From Schmidtea polychroa (taxonomy: Eukaryota): a stretch of DNA of 64,000 bases. The DNA is taken from contig CM097885.1 of NCBI GenBank assembly GCA_044892525.1, positions 20,400,001 to 20,464,000 on the forward strand, in the 5' to 3' direction. A model generated the notes under the pieces. That model searched no databases, was not told the origin of the DNA, and worked only from the letters and a program-made list of their open reading frames with translations. Positions 1-12,525 of this stretch are shown here, piece after piece (the stretch's first letter is position 1; every line of letters begins with the position of its first letter). A program made the position numbers and the translations under genes.

Positions 1-750
1 CCTTAGGTTTTGAAGCTAAGAGCCGCCGGTTCCCGACCGATGGTTTAAATAAATTATATTTATGATCTACTAAAGTTGGGAAATATTTCTTATTTTATTT
101 TTAACCTCAACATCATTAATCAAAAATTAATCAATAATTAATTAAAATGTAATTAATTAAATTAAGTTTAAAAATTCAACGTCTCTAATGAAGAAATGGA
201 AACAAATTGCAATTTTAAGGTTATATACTTTTTTTATTTGAATAAAATTTATTTTACAAATATACTTCAGTCATAACAAGTTAAATGTATATTCTACATC
301 TATAATAATATTCTAAATTATATATCATTGAAAATATATATATTTCTTTCTGTTGTTCCTTGTTTTGAATCTTATCATACTGAAACAAATTTCTGAGTTA
401 GCAAAAAATGCGATAAATATTTTTAAAACATTTCTCATTGTTCTGATACTTCTTTTGTAAATAAATTTGATGAAAAAATATTACACAGTGGTCGGAAAAT
501 TTTTTTAATTTTTATCCACGCTAAAGGGGTTAATATAAACATAATAAAAAAAATTCGATCTCAAATATATGAAGTCATTTGATGAGCCAAAAAATTTTAT
601 TTATTATTTTGATTGTGAATAAGACAAAAATTGACAACTTATATTTTGTATAAGAAATAAAAACAAACAAAAACTTATTTGAAAATACAGAATAAAATTT
701 TCCTTTAAGATAAAATTGATTGATTAAATCTGATTTTTGTTTTTATTTTA

Positions 751-966
751 TCAAATCCTAAAAAAATTGAATAATATAAATTTAACAAATACTTCTCGAA
801 ATACCCGTTTTTGAAATTTTGTTTTATAAGTGTTTTCTTTCCTTTTTTCAAAAAAATTGTTTTTTGATTTTCCTTTAAATGATTTTTCTAACATGAGTAC
901 ATCTGGAGAAATTTCAGAATTTGATTTGTGTGAAGGAGAATGAATAAATTTTAAAGTATCGTTGTT
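751..966 (-). CDS. Putative terminal exon of the guanylyl cyclase (C-terminal tail)
   Basis: An AG at the end of the (TTA)n tract opens a phase-0, 72-codon frame NNDTLKFIHSPS...FFRI*. It has no conserved motif, and a further small intron is possible. Confidence 0.55.
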   Translation of the reverse strand, partial: NNDTLKFIHSPSHKSNSEISPDVLMLEKSFKGKSKNNFFEKRKENTYKTKFQKRVFREVFVKFILFNFFRI

Positions 967-967
967 C

Positions 968-1194
<227 letters not shown>

Positions 1195-1253
1195 TAAAAT
1201 AGTTAAACATACATGGCAATGATTATAAGATAATGCCAATCAAACATTCTTTT

Positions 1254-1292
1254 CACGATATATTTCGACAGTTTTCTTGTCATCATCAGGTG
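1254..1292 (-). ncRNA. Minimal type I hammerhead ribozyme in the 3' pseudo-LTR
   Basis: Minus strand reads CAC CTGATGA T GACAAGAAAACTGTC GAAA TATATC GTG: core, stem II, palindromic stem III and a 3-bp stem I. Confidence 0.75.
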
Positions 1293-3472
1293 GGATATAA
1301 TAACTATGTAAATTAAGGATTTTAAACAAATTTATTAGTTATATAAAAACTTTTTTATTTAATAAAAACATTTAATTATTTTAAAAAATTATAATTAAAT
1401 TAATATATTATTTTTAAAATTTAAACATTCAGAATTCAATTTAATAATTTAAAAAAATTTATTTATTATTTAATTGAACACAACAATCAATACATACAAT
1501 ACATAAAAAAAATATTTAAAAACATTTAAAATACAAGTATTCACTGCATTTTGCACATTAATATTTGGATTCAATGACTTTATCAACGCCTCACAAATCA
1601 CAAGTTCCCAATAATTATCGAAAATTTTTAATAAAATTTTAAAATCAGACATACCTATTTTAATCTTACAGCCCTTATTGAGCTCATTAATATGGGTCAA
1701 AGCCTTCGGTCTACAATGTTCTCGAGCTCGAATACATTGATGACAGGAAGTCTCTCCAATGTATGTGGCATTACACCAATTACATGTAAACTGATAAACG
1801 AGATCGGAACACAATTCGACCGGAGTTTTTGACTTATTTATAAACATATTGCGTACTTTCCATGAAGTTGACATTATCCTATAGTTTAAATTTTCTAACT
1901 GCTTTTTTATCTTCACTTTATAATCACTAAAACCTTCTGAGTACGGCAATACTAACACAAATTTAGGTTCATCATCCTTGTTCACACTATTTAATTTATT
2001 TGACTCATCAGACTCACACACCTCAACAAAATCACACCCAGATTTTAACTCATCAGACTCACACACCTCAACAATATCACACTCAGATTTTCTCAAACAC
2101 GGATCCTTAGGATTTTTAATAAATTTGTCAACAGTCTCTTTTAATAATAATAACCATAATTTATAAAAAGGATTTTGAATAACCGTTCCTCATTAACATT
2201 TCAACCAATTTCTCAAAATCTTTACTGAATTTTCAAAATTAGAAGACAAAAACCATGAACGATAAATCAAACCCTTCACCATATTTATTTTATACTTGAA
2301 TTCACAAAAACTTTCGGATGAAGTATAGAGACCAGCATCAGTTGGTTTTCTATAAATTTCTGTCTCATAGTGTTTCTCTTTCCAAGTGATGATTTTTTCT
2401 CCGTTTCACATATGAATACAATGTTTTTATGTAGACAATTCATATAATGCAAAAACGGATCAACATGCCACTGATTTTCAAATATAAGAAAAATATCATC
2501 CACATACCGTTTATAAACAGTGGGTTTCATACATTGGAAAGATGCAATTTTCTTTTCTAAGCTTGCTAGAAAATTTGAAGCCATCGTTGGTGCTAAAAGA
2601 GAACCCATAGCAACTCCATCTATTTGTTGATACCATTCATTATTGAAAAGAAAATTGATTTTTTAAGTAGCAAATACAAGAAGTTCACGAAATCCTCTTC
2701 CATTCAAAATATGATGTTCAGAAATGTTTTCATTCCATAACAAGCAACATAATTCAATTGTTTCTTCCAATGGTACATTAGTAAACAGACTACAAACATC
2801 AAACGAAACCATAATTTCATCCACACTTTGTCTATCATATTGTGCAATGCAGGAAACAAATTCAAAACTATCTTTACATTCAAATTCTGATCGTATTAAT
2901 GGTTTCAATAATCCATCCAAAAATCTGGCTATTTTATACTGGGCAGTGCCAATCATGGATAATACAGGTCTCATATGCACGCCATTTTTATGGATTTTTG
3001 GAAGCCCTTACATTTTGGCTGGTTGTGACCCCATTGAACTAATAGATTTAAACATTTCTTCATCAATTTGCTTATTTTTACTTAATTTATTCAGCATCTC
3101 TTTTAACAAATTCTCATCTTTAAGAGGAGGCTGTATTCCATTTTTTCGAGAAATCTCTACTTTCACAAACTGGAGAGCATTAAAAACATCATTAGGCTTA
3201 CTCACATATATATATATCGTCGTCGAGAATTACCAATACATTTCCTTGTTCAAACTTGCATATATTGATGTCTTTTTTAGCTAAATTTTTTAATACAGTA
3301 AAATCTTTAATATTCTGCGTTTTATTTTTATCAATATACTCCATCATATTCGAACTCAGCACACTTTCACATAATTAATATTAATATCCTTCATCGATCG
3401 AAGCATAGGAAAGTATAATTATATAATTAATAAATTTGTTTAAAATCCTTAATTTACATAGTTATTATATCC

Positions 3473-3511
3473 CACCTGATGATGACAGGAAAACTGTCGA
3501 AATATATCATG
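3473..3511 (+). ncRNA. Hammerhead ribozyme copy in the inverted 5' pseudo-LTR
   Basis: CAC CTGATGA T GACAG GAAAA CTGTC GAAA TATATC ATG; the first stem I pair is mismatched. Confidence 0.7.
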
Positions 3512-3537
3512 AAAAGAATGTTTGGTTGGCGTTATCT

Positions 3538-3570
<33 letters not shown>

Positions 3571-3594
3571 TATAATAATAATAATAATAATAAT

Positions 3595-3648
<54 letters not shown>

Positions 3649-3651
3649 CAC

Positions 3652-3836
3652 TGAAATATTTTGTTCTAACTTTCCAATTAACCAAAATGTATTTACAGAA
3701 CCTTTACCTTTAACTTCTATAACCCCTCTTTCTACAATATGAAATTCATTTAAATATAAAATCTGGAAAACAAAGGCTTCAGAACAATGAATTTTCAAAG
3801 CTTCGCCATTGCTCTCCATTCTGCTAGCCATATTTA
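3652..3836 (-). CDS. Receptor guanylyl cyclase exon: cyclase domain C-end
   Basis: Encodes VNMASRMESNGEALKIH...ERGVIEVKGKG..TFWL; TTTTAG acceptor and GTGAGT donor. Confidence 0.95.
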
Positions 3837-4519
3837 CTAAAAGATAAATAAAATTTGCATATATTAGAGATTTATACATAGATATAATGTATTTTCTAAA
3901 TTTATTCGGTTTTTATTTCAATTTGGAATTTATCTTTTGTTTCTTGAAAACACTCATTTAACTAGAGAAACTTCATTAAATGTTGATTATATATTTTATT
4001 GTCCTTAAAGTTTTATTGTTCTTCACTTTTTATTACAATATTATTATTATTATTATAACAGCTTTGCTTTTATGCAAAATTATGCAATGTTATTTTAACA
4101 ATAAAATAATAAATCAAATATATTAACTGTGTAAAAATTGGTCCTGATAGGTCAAAGTTCATGGGAACGTAAAGTGAAAAAACGAACAATCATCCACTTT
4201 CATAAACATACACAGCAGAATCCACTTTTCAGTTTAGTGAACGGTCACAGCCATACCTAATAAATACTTAAAAGATGGCGTTTAATTAAATTATTCTGTA
4301 CTTAAACATATTTAATAATTGATAGGATTAAATAATAAACACTTCATATATATCCTCAGAAGTGATTCAAATTGTACATCAAAGTAAGTGGTATTTTGCA
4401 CAAGTTTGAACTTAGTATAAGGAAAGAATTTTCAATTGTGTTTTCAATGCCATTCGTGAATTTAAAGAAATTAGTAGACTTTATGCCGAATTGAATTACT
4501 CTTTTTCTAATGACTAGGC

Positions 4520-4889
4520 CAGTGGTTCTCAATTAATATAAAAGCGCGGAACACCATTCACATGATTATTTTTACGCGGAACACTGACAAACAAATACTT
4601 GCCCACAATGAGTGACCAATCACAAATTACTATAAATCTGTCGTAAATGTAAACAATGCCTTCTTATAAGCAAAGAAAATACCATGCGCAACAATAACAA
4701 GCAATAAAAACACTTTTATTTTTGTATGTTTATATATCTGTGTAACGGCTTTCTTATTGAATCACCTTATAAGAGAATTTATTGGGGTTTTTGATGATAT
4801 TTATCTTAAATGCAAATTTAAAGATAAAATGTCATTTTTGTCGCGGAACACTGGAAAAGTAATCACGGAATACGTGTTGAGAACCACTG
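4520..4889. mobile_element. hAT (Charlie/Buster-type) MITE
   Basis: Perfect TIR CAGTGGTTCTCAA / TTGAGAACCACTG, internal GCGGAACAC repeats, imperfect 8-bp TSD (GACTAGGC / GACTATCG). Confidence 0.85.
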
Positions 4890-5664
4890 GACTATCGAGA
4901 AGATCTACTTGACCAACGCCTTCTATTAAATCTTTTTAAATGACGACTACTTTTGGACTCCATTTTTATAATGTTTTTATTAAAGTTGGTTAATAATATT
5001 ACATCTAGAACGCTTTCGAACATGAGAGACAATGATGGGAAATTAAAAGTTCATTAAATGTTAATAAAATCCGAAATTACAACAGTCATTTGCCATTATT
5101 AAAAAACAAATAAAAGTCAATCATAAATATTGTAATGTTATTTTTAAAAGAAAACACATTCATAAAAAGAAATATACCAGGTTGGAGCTCCTTAGAAGAA
5201 ATTTTGCATCAGGTTTCTAAAATTGTTGAAAAGGAATCTTTCCCATCTTACCAATTTTCCCATAAAGCCTCTGGACCATTAACATAAGTAAAAAATTCCT
5301 GATCAATTTAACATTCCATAATCACCCAAAAAATCTGATAAATAATTTATAAAACTATGTAACAATTTTTATTTGAAGTCCAGGTCATTTGGAATGAAAT
5401 ATAAATAAGTCTTTTTGTTAAATTTTTGTAGCGAAAATTGGTGTTTTAATCTCGTTATCAACTTCATCAATAATTCTTTCAAAATCTTTCAACAAAATCC
5501 TTTGATTTCTTATCCTTTTACCATTGATTTAATTTTATTTTTCCTCCTCTTCTTTTCAGACTATAAATAAATCTTTGCTTGGTAATTTTAAAAAGATTTG
5601 AAAATTGTGGATTTTCTCTCTGGATTTATTAAAACTAAATTGACAAAAATTGAAAAAATGTTAA

Positions 5665-5836
5665 CTTCCTATCATTACGAAGCAGAATTCGAAAAGCGTT
5701 GAATTGTTCACCCACTAATACGGAACGTGAGCTGGGTTTAGACTGTCGTGAGACAGGTTAGTTTACTATATAATTTGTCATAATAATAGTAATTCTGCTC
5801 AGTACGAGAGAAACCGAAGAGATTCGTATCACTGGT
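5665..5836 (+). pseudogene. 28S rRNA fragment (3' region including sarcin-ricin loop)
   Basis: Matches the conserved LSU blocks CTTCCTATCATT..GAAGCAGAATTC, TTGTTCACCCACTAATA.GGAACGTGAGCTGGGTTTAGAC.GTCGTGAGACAGGTTAG and CTGCTCAGTACGAGAG.AACC. It is isolated and carries substitutions. Confidence 0.92.
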
Positions 5837-6907
5837 AAATAAAGCATAAATTTAGACAATGTGTACATAAACTAGATAAATTGATAAATGTCATTCTAGT
5901 ATGACATGTTGAATTACTACATACTCAGGTTTTCTCATCTGGGGCAATTTCGAAATTAATAGATTTTTAAAATTTGATAAATCATAATTTTTCTCAAGTA
6001 TATACGTCGTATTTTATTAATATTATGATAGAAACTATTTCTTAACACTGAAGATATAATTTCAACCATGATCTATAAGTAAAATTGAAATTTTTAAGTA
6101 AGGGCTTGTAAAATAATTTTTTAATTAATTTAAAACTGGGGCAATTTGACTTTTAAACTCTATTGTTGGGGACATAGAGCATAACATGATGAGAAGCACT
6201 GCTTTAGCTAGATATAGTGTGCATTTTATTATTATTTTATTATTGTTTAAAAATTCGCGTTAAAGTATACATTTACTAGTGACTATTTACTTTAACTGAA
6301 TTTAAAACTGAACAGTAACATATACACAGTATATTTAAGGAGTTCTTACATTGTCAAATATTGATATTTTTAGAAGGACAGATTTCATTCCTCATATATT
6401 TCATTCGAATTAACATGCTAAATTTTTTATTTTAAATTTGTTAACATTTAACATTTTATATTATACATTTATACATTTAAAATGTTAATTTAAAAGCACT
6501 ATTTTAAATATATTTTACATAATTAATCTTTAAAAGTATAATTTAATTTAATTTATTAATTTTTATTTGTATTTAGACATCGGTGACACCTTGGTAGTTT
6601 TTGTAAGATATTTTAAGGCAGCGAAAGTCACAAATGCTACATTTTATTCATGATGAATTTGTATTGAAAATAGGATAACAAAATTTAAATAATAAAAAAA
6701 AATTAAGAAATATATTATTCTCTCCAACAAGATGGAGTGAGGATATTTTACATAACTGGAATATTTCCAAAACTATTTTCTAAACTATTTCCTTTCCTAA
6801 AATATTCTAAGGAGCTATCTCAGAAAAGTTTAAAAATATACATACATTTTAACAATTCGAAGTATTATATTTCATAGTTAATTGAAATTTACTTAATATT
6901 TTACTAA

Positions 6908-7074
6908 ATACGTTCAACCTCGCTTGTCTCCCGGTGGGCCACCAATTAACTAATTAACCAACTAGCTTTCTCGCCCATTGACTCGCCACATCTTCAATAA
7001 TATAGAAAAATAATGAATAAAGGAAAAGTTTTAAATAAAGATATTGAATATTATACTGCGAGGCTGAACGTGTA
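6908..7074. mobile_element. Small MITE, possibly piggyBac-type
   Basis: Inverted repeat ATACGTTCAACCTCGC / GCGAGGCTGAACGTGT; TTAA flanks are degenerate. Confidence 0.4.
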
Positions 7075-8356
7075 AAACTTGTATTTGTTGTATATGTTAG
7101 TTACAGCGTACAAAGTGCACCTACAAGCACCCATACAGTCCTAAAATCATTCTTTTTTATAAAGACTCTCGCATTGGAATATTTTCATATTCAAGAACAT
7201 ATCACAATAAAAGAATAATATACAATTTTCCTAGTCATACAACATTATGTATATCTTTAATTCTTTTTTTAGACTTACTTAATTAAGGAAAAGTTTATTA
7301 ATTACGTAATTTTTTTAATGGAGGGATGGTCTGAAAATTTATTATGGAATGTTACAATGAAGGGAGGAGTGGAAACTTTGCAACGTAACGCAGATAAAAT
7401 GGTTTTGAAATATGGATGACTTGACAGGAAAAAAACTTTTAAGTATTAATATTGATGACAAACAAAAAGCAAGTTTTTATCTTAGGGAGCTGATTTGATT
7501 ATTAATCGTACCAAAGATTTCGTTTCGACTAGACAATAATATTTTGAAACCTTTGCTTAGACGAAATTTCATGAACATTTAGTGAGTGTTAATTTTTATA
7601 ATTAATCAACTGAAAAAATTAATTAAATTTAATTTGGATAAAAATTGTAAGTATTTTTTTTTATTTAACAATAACAAATAATTTTTATTATTTAAATTAA
7701 ATAATTAATTGAATGATTTTAATTAGATAACATTATATTTTACATACGTGCACATTAAAATTATATTATTAAAACGTTATGAAAGTTAAAACAAAATTTT
7801 GTTACGTTACGTAAGCAGGGAGGGGTGTAAAACTTTATCATGGTCTATTACAAGGAGAGAAGGTGGATCAAATTACTTGAATAAGGGAAACTTACTTACA
7901 TTTTTATCAGCAATCTATTTCTACGAATTAATGCTGTCAATGCAAGTTCAATTGCCTTTTAAACATTTTAAAAAGAACTTATTATATTAAATATATAAAT
8001 AATAAATATCTTTATCATTTTATCCATTATAACATTCTATCCTAGAACCATTTCCTCAGTACCTCATTGCCCAAGGATAAATATATCAGATTCGTCCGTG
8101 ATTATTTAGTCGTCATAAGCAGAACTTTAACTGTTGTGACGCAGCATTGTTTAAAAGATTAAAATAAATTGTTATTTATCATTATAAGTGTATTTAAAAA
8201 TTCATTATATATTTTATTCGGGACGGCAAAGGTCTTTCAAAAACTGGAACTCGTCCGCAAATAATAATATATTTTATATTATTAATATTAGTGTTTTGAC
8301 TTCTCAGTAGTACGTTGTAATAATTAATTATATATCAATAATAATATAATAGTTAC

Positions 8357-8545
8357 CTGTATCCCCAAATAAACAATAGCGAGGATTTCTGGTTCCCACA
8401 ACACCAGCACAACAAGGTCCAGAGTGAAGACCAATTCTGAGTTTTAAGCGTTCGTTTTTGTATTTTTCTGAAGGAATTACAAATCCTTTCGTAATTTCTT
8501 CCAATAGCCTCAAAGACATATTGGCCATTTCTCTAGCATGCTCAT
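8357..8545 (-). CDS. Receptor guanylyl cyclase exon: cyclase domain
   Basis: Encodes [11 protein letters not shown]...[28 protein letters not shown], including the GC-specific Cys; phase 1/1. Confidence 0.95.
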
Positions 8546-8638
8546 CTACAATGTCAGAATAAATTAATAAGTTTATAATTAATTTCTTTTAAATATAAAT
8601 AAATTAATTATATTAAAATAATTAAAAATTTGGTAAAT

Positions 8639-11600
8639 TGTAAAATCTGATTTATAACAGTTCAAGTATTAATCTTTTTATGATCGAATACTATCATGTA
8701 ATAATTATCATAAAATATGAGACATGTTTAAGACTTACAATAACATATGCACACGCATCAAACCATTCACAATAATTATCAATTAAGTAATTTAATTATT
8801 AGATTACTTATATCCACCGCTTTAAAAGGCTATAACCATTTAATTTTCCGAATGATCGTAAAATTTGAATTATCTTACATTTCATAGATGTTTTCATATA
8901 TTTTTTTGTTATTTCCATGGGACCTCTGCATAGATTAGCATATTTATTTCGAAAACCTATTTAAACTAATATTTTATCTCTAATATTGAAAGTCATTTGA
9001 CTTTTTATAATTGTCGAAACGCTCTTTATTTTTTTTGCATTACTTGCTACTACTTCATATTGATATTTTGGATAGAGTTCGGCATGTTTTATTTGCTGTT
9101 ATGACGCATTGTACGAAACAATGTTTGTTTTTGCATTTGCCAAATATAATTTCTATTGGGAATATTTAATAGTCTTCTGAACTATGGCATTTAATGTATA
9201 TTCTATTTGTGGCAGTGCATCTTCCCAGTTTTTGTACAACTTATCATTAATACAACACTGTATCCAATTTCTTATTGTTCAAAATTGTCTTTCCACTTGG
9301 CCATTTGTCTGAGAATGATACGGGTTCAAGAAATTTAAATTGATATTATGTCTAGTTGCCAGTAGTTAAAATTCCTTTGATTCAAAACATTTTCCTCTAT
9401 CTACGTAGATTACTTTGGGTGAACCAAATTTAAATATCCATTTATTTAATAGAATTTTACATACCGTCCTCTCATCCTGTTCTTTAACATCATCTAAAAC
9501 AACATATTATCTAAAATTGTCAATAATGACCAAAATATACTTTTTCCACTAAACGTTATCTTAAGTGGATCACAAAAATTAATGAAAACACTTTTAAATG
9601 GTTCATTTGACGATAATCTATGCACTAATTCACGCGTTTTTGACGTTAAAACATTTCTTTTCTGACAAATTTCACAAACCTTTATCACAATTTATAATAT
9701 ACATTTCTAATGTACTCTTTAGTCTTTTCAATACCAGCATGATAAAGTTCTTTGTGAATTTCTTATATATAGATTTGACTCTTTCCTTTCGGAATATAGA
9801 TTTTATTTTCATATTTAATCAAATTGTCACTTGGAAAATGTTTGGTTGGTTCCTCCGGTAGTATTGTATTTTAATCTCTTCTATTTCATCGTCCTTATTT
9901 TGCCACTTTAATAGGCTTCCAATGTCGGCCATTGCCAAAGTTCGAGTTCTCATTTTCTCAACTTTTGCATCTAAATGATTAAGGTTGCACTGTGAGCACT
10001 GTCTAATATACATTCTAGGTAAATTATCTGCATTGGAATGCAATTGGCCTTTGCGATATACTAGTTTCATATTCAAACTACTCTAAACGTTGATCCAATT
10101 TTAAAATTGGGCTGTTATTGGTTTCTTTGTTGTCATTTAACAACAAACATTAATGTGCGTAACATTGATGTGCGTAATGTGAATTTTCCTCCTTAAAGGT
10201 AGTGTTTGAAATGTTGTGTAGAGAAAGTACAGAAAACAATTCTTTTCTTGTTATGCGATAACCAATCTTGTGAGTATTCAAACTCTTAGAACCATAAGCT
10301 ATAACGTTTTCATTATTAAAACTATTTCTTCATCATAATAAGGCACCTTTGGTATTGGAACTAACATCTGTATCAAGGATGAATTCTTTTCCAAAATTCG
10401 GATGTGCTAGTATCGATGCGTTGACCATCTGATATTTAAGTTTGTCAAAACCTTTCACATTCACCAGACCATTGAAAATTATCTTTAGTAAATGCAATAA
10501 ATTTTTCTAAAGATCGGGATATACTTGAATAGTTCTTAATAAATGTCCGGTAAGAGTTCGTTAACCCTAAAAAACTACGATGTGTTTTTCACAATGAGGT
10601 TTTCTAAAATTAATCGTTGTTCTAATTTTCTCAGGGTCAGTTTTAACATATTTTTTATTTATCACGTATCCCGGAAATTTTAATTCTGTTACTAAAAATT
10701 TACATTTATCGAAATTGATTTTCAACCCTAAATCGCTAATTCTTTTAAATAATTTTTCAATATGTTTCTTATGTTTATCAATCGTCTTGGAAAATATTAG
10801 AATGTTATATAAATATACCAGTGCTTCCTTCCATATCATATCTCCAACTATGATAACCATTAATTTTTGGAATGTTGATGGAGCCGCTTCTTTACCAAAT
10901 AGCATTCCATTAAAACAATAATGTTCATATTCTGTTGAAAAACATGTTTTTTATTTTGATTCTTCTTCAAGATCAACTTGATACTACATGTTTCCTAAAT
11001 CGATTGAACTAAAATACAAAGACCCATATAATATGTCCAACATTTCATCAACATTAAGAATTGAAAATGCCGGCCTAATAGTGTTTTCATTTTATAACCT
11101 AAAATCTAAGCACATTTGAATATCATTTGTATTTTTCTTCGCAACAATGACAATCGGTGAATTCCAAGAGGATTCACATTTCCTTATAATACCATTCTTC
11201 TGCAAGTTTTATATTATTTCTTTAAGTTTAATCTCGTAATATATGGGTTATCTTCTTGGTTTAATCATTACTGGATGACAATTTGTTTGTATTTTATGCC
11301 TTAAAGTATCTGTTAGGCCTATGTCCCTTTTATTCAACATAAATATATTTGGAAAGCTCTTTATTATCTCTATTAACTCACGTGACGCCGAAATACCTTT
11401 TGATTTAATCAATTTGTTCAATTCATTTTAATTAATTCTTTTATTTTTAAAATTCCCTTCTAAGCTTAGCAAACATTTATTATTTCAAATGTTATTATAT
11501 TTATGTAATTCCATTAATCTAATATTCATTTCGTTTAATATATCAATGCTAAAATAATTTCTGGGTAAATTTCATTTTCAATGTAAACTTTTACAATTAT

Positions 11601-12110
11601 GATCAATTTTTCGTATTTAATTTCAATATTTCCAAAACCATTTATATTTAGTTCGCTTTCATTAGCACAACTAATCTTTTTATAATGTCCACTCTTGATA
11701 TTAATTTTTATTAGTTCAGCAGCTCTTTTACTTAAAACACTAAGCAATTGAAGTCTATATTATTCATTTTAATCTTAATAATAATCTTAATAAAAACATT
11801 ATTCTTATAGTTAATTAAATTTAAATAATTACTATTAAAATCCTTAAAATTATATCTAAATTCATTCATATCATTATTTTCATTCATTGCAAAGGTTTCA
11901 TCATTCTTTGTGTTCAAAATTTCCAGATAATAAATATTTAAATATGTAAATTTATTCGTGGTAGGCATGTTAAATAATTCAAAGTCTGGTAGCTTCTAAA
12001 ATCTATTTTATAACAGTTCAAGTATTTATCTCCTTAAGATCGAAGACTATTATGTGTAATAATGAACATAAAATATGAGACATGTTTCAGACATACAATA
12101 ACATACACAT
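8639..12110 (-). mobile_element. Decayed Ty3/Gypsy LTR retrotransposon
   Basis: Broken pol in the order RT (WNSPIVIV, MCLDFR, FG..AAPSTFQKLM, VYLYNILIFS), RNase H (FILDTD, IAYGSK), integrase (GSPKVIYVDRG, PYHSQTNGQVER). ~115-bp direct repeats at 8639-8753 and 11995-12110, with a purine-rich tract next to the left LTR. Confidence 0.9.
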
Positions 12111-12525
12111 AGTGGTATAGTGGAGCAAAGTGCCGCCCTTGTCCATTTTTATCTGGTTACTTGAGTTTTTATTTTGAATTTTTGGCTGACTATTTTGAGT
12201 TATTGTGCACTGTACAAACTGTACCAAATAATGCAATTTTATTAAAATCTGCATTTAATAAAAAACCTATAAAAAGGTGAATGTTATCCTTTAGATTACT
12301 TTAAGTTAGTCTTAAACTAGTACTAGGGACTAAAAGGGGGCAGACTAGTATCAGATTAAAAAGGCTTCAACAATATTATTTCACTGACTCTTACTAGAGT
12401 TCTGAGACTAGGCTAAAAAGACTAGCCGTTATCATAAATATTTGTATGCATAATGCAGGATATGCTGTATTAGCCCATCATTTTTTGAAAGCAAAAGTTA
12501 AAACTAATAGTATAATCTTCATTAA

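Larger units (their letters stand above)
1222..3543 (-). mobile_element. Penelope-like retroelement, 5'-truncated and frameshifted (RT + GIY-YIG endonuclease), with inverted pseudo-LTRs
   Basis: RT motifs MRPVLS, VSFDVCSLFTNVP, MGSLLAP and RYVDDIF; GIY-YIG motif VYQFTC..C.ATYIGET. A ~125-bp repeat at 1222-1346 has its reverse complement at 3419-3543. The element is flanked by (AAT)n. Confidence 0.92.

Noticed and set aside
2002..2056. CTGATGAG twice on the minus strand, resembling hammerhead cores
   Set aside because: No stem II plus GAAA follows, and the sequence is part of the coding duplication.
7283..7890. Harbinger-like MITE
   Set aside because: Subterminal motifs are suggestive, but the TIR and TSD are too degraded to define.
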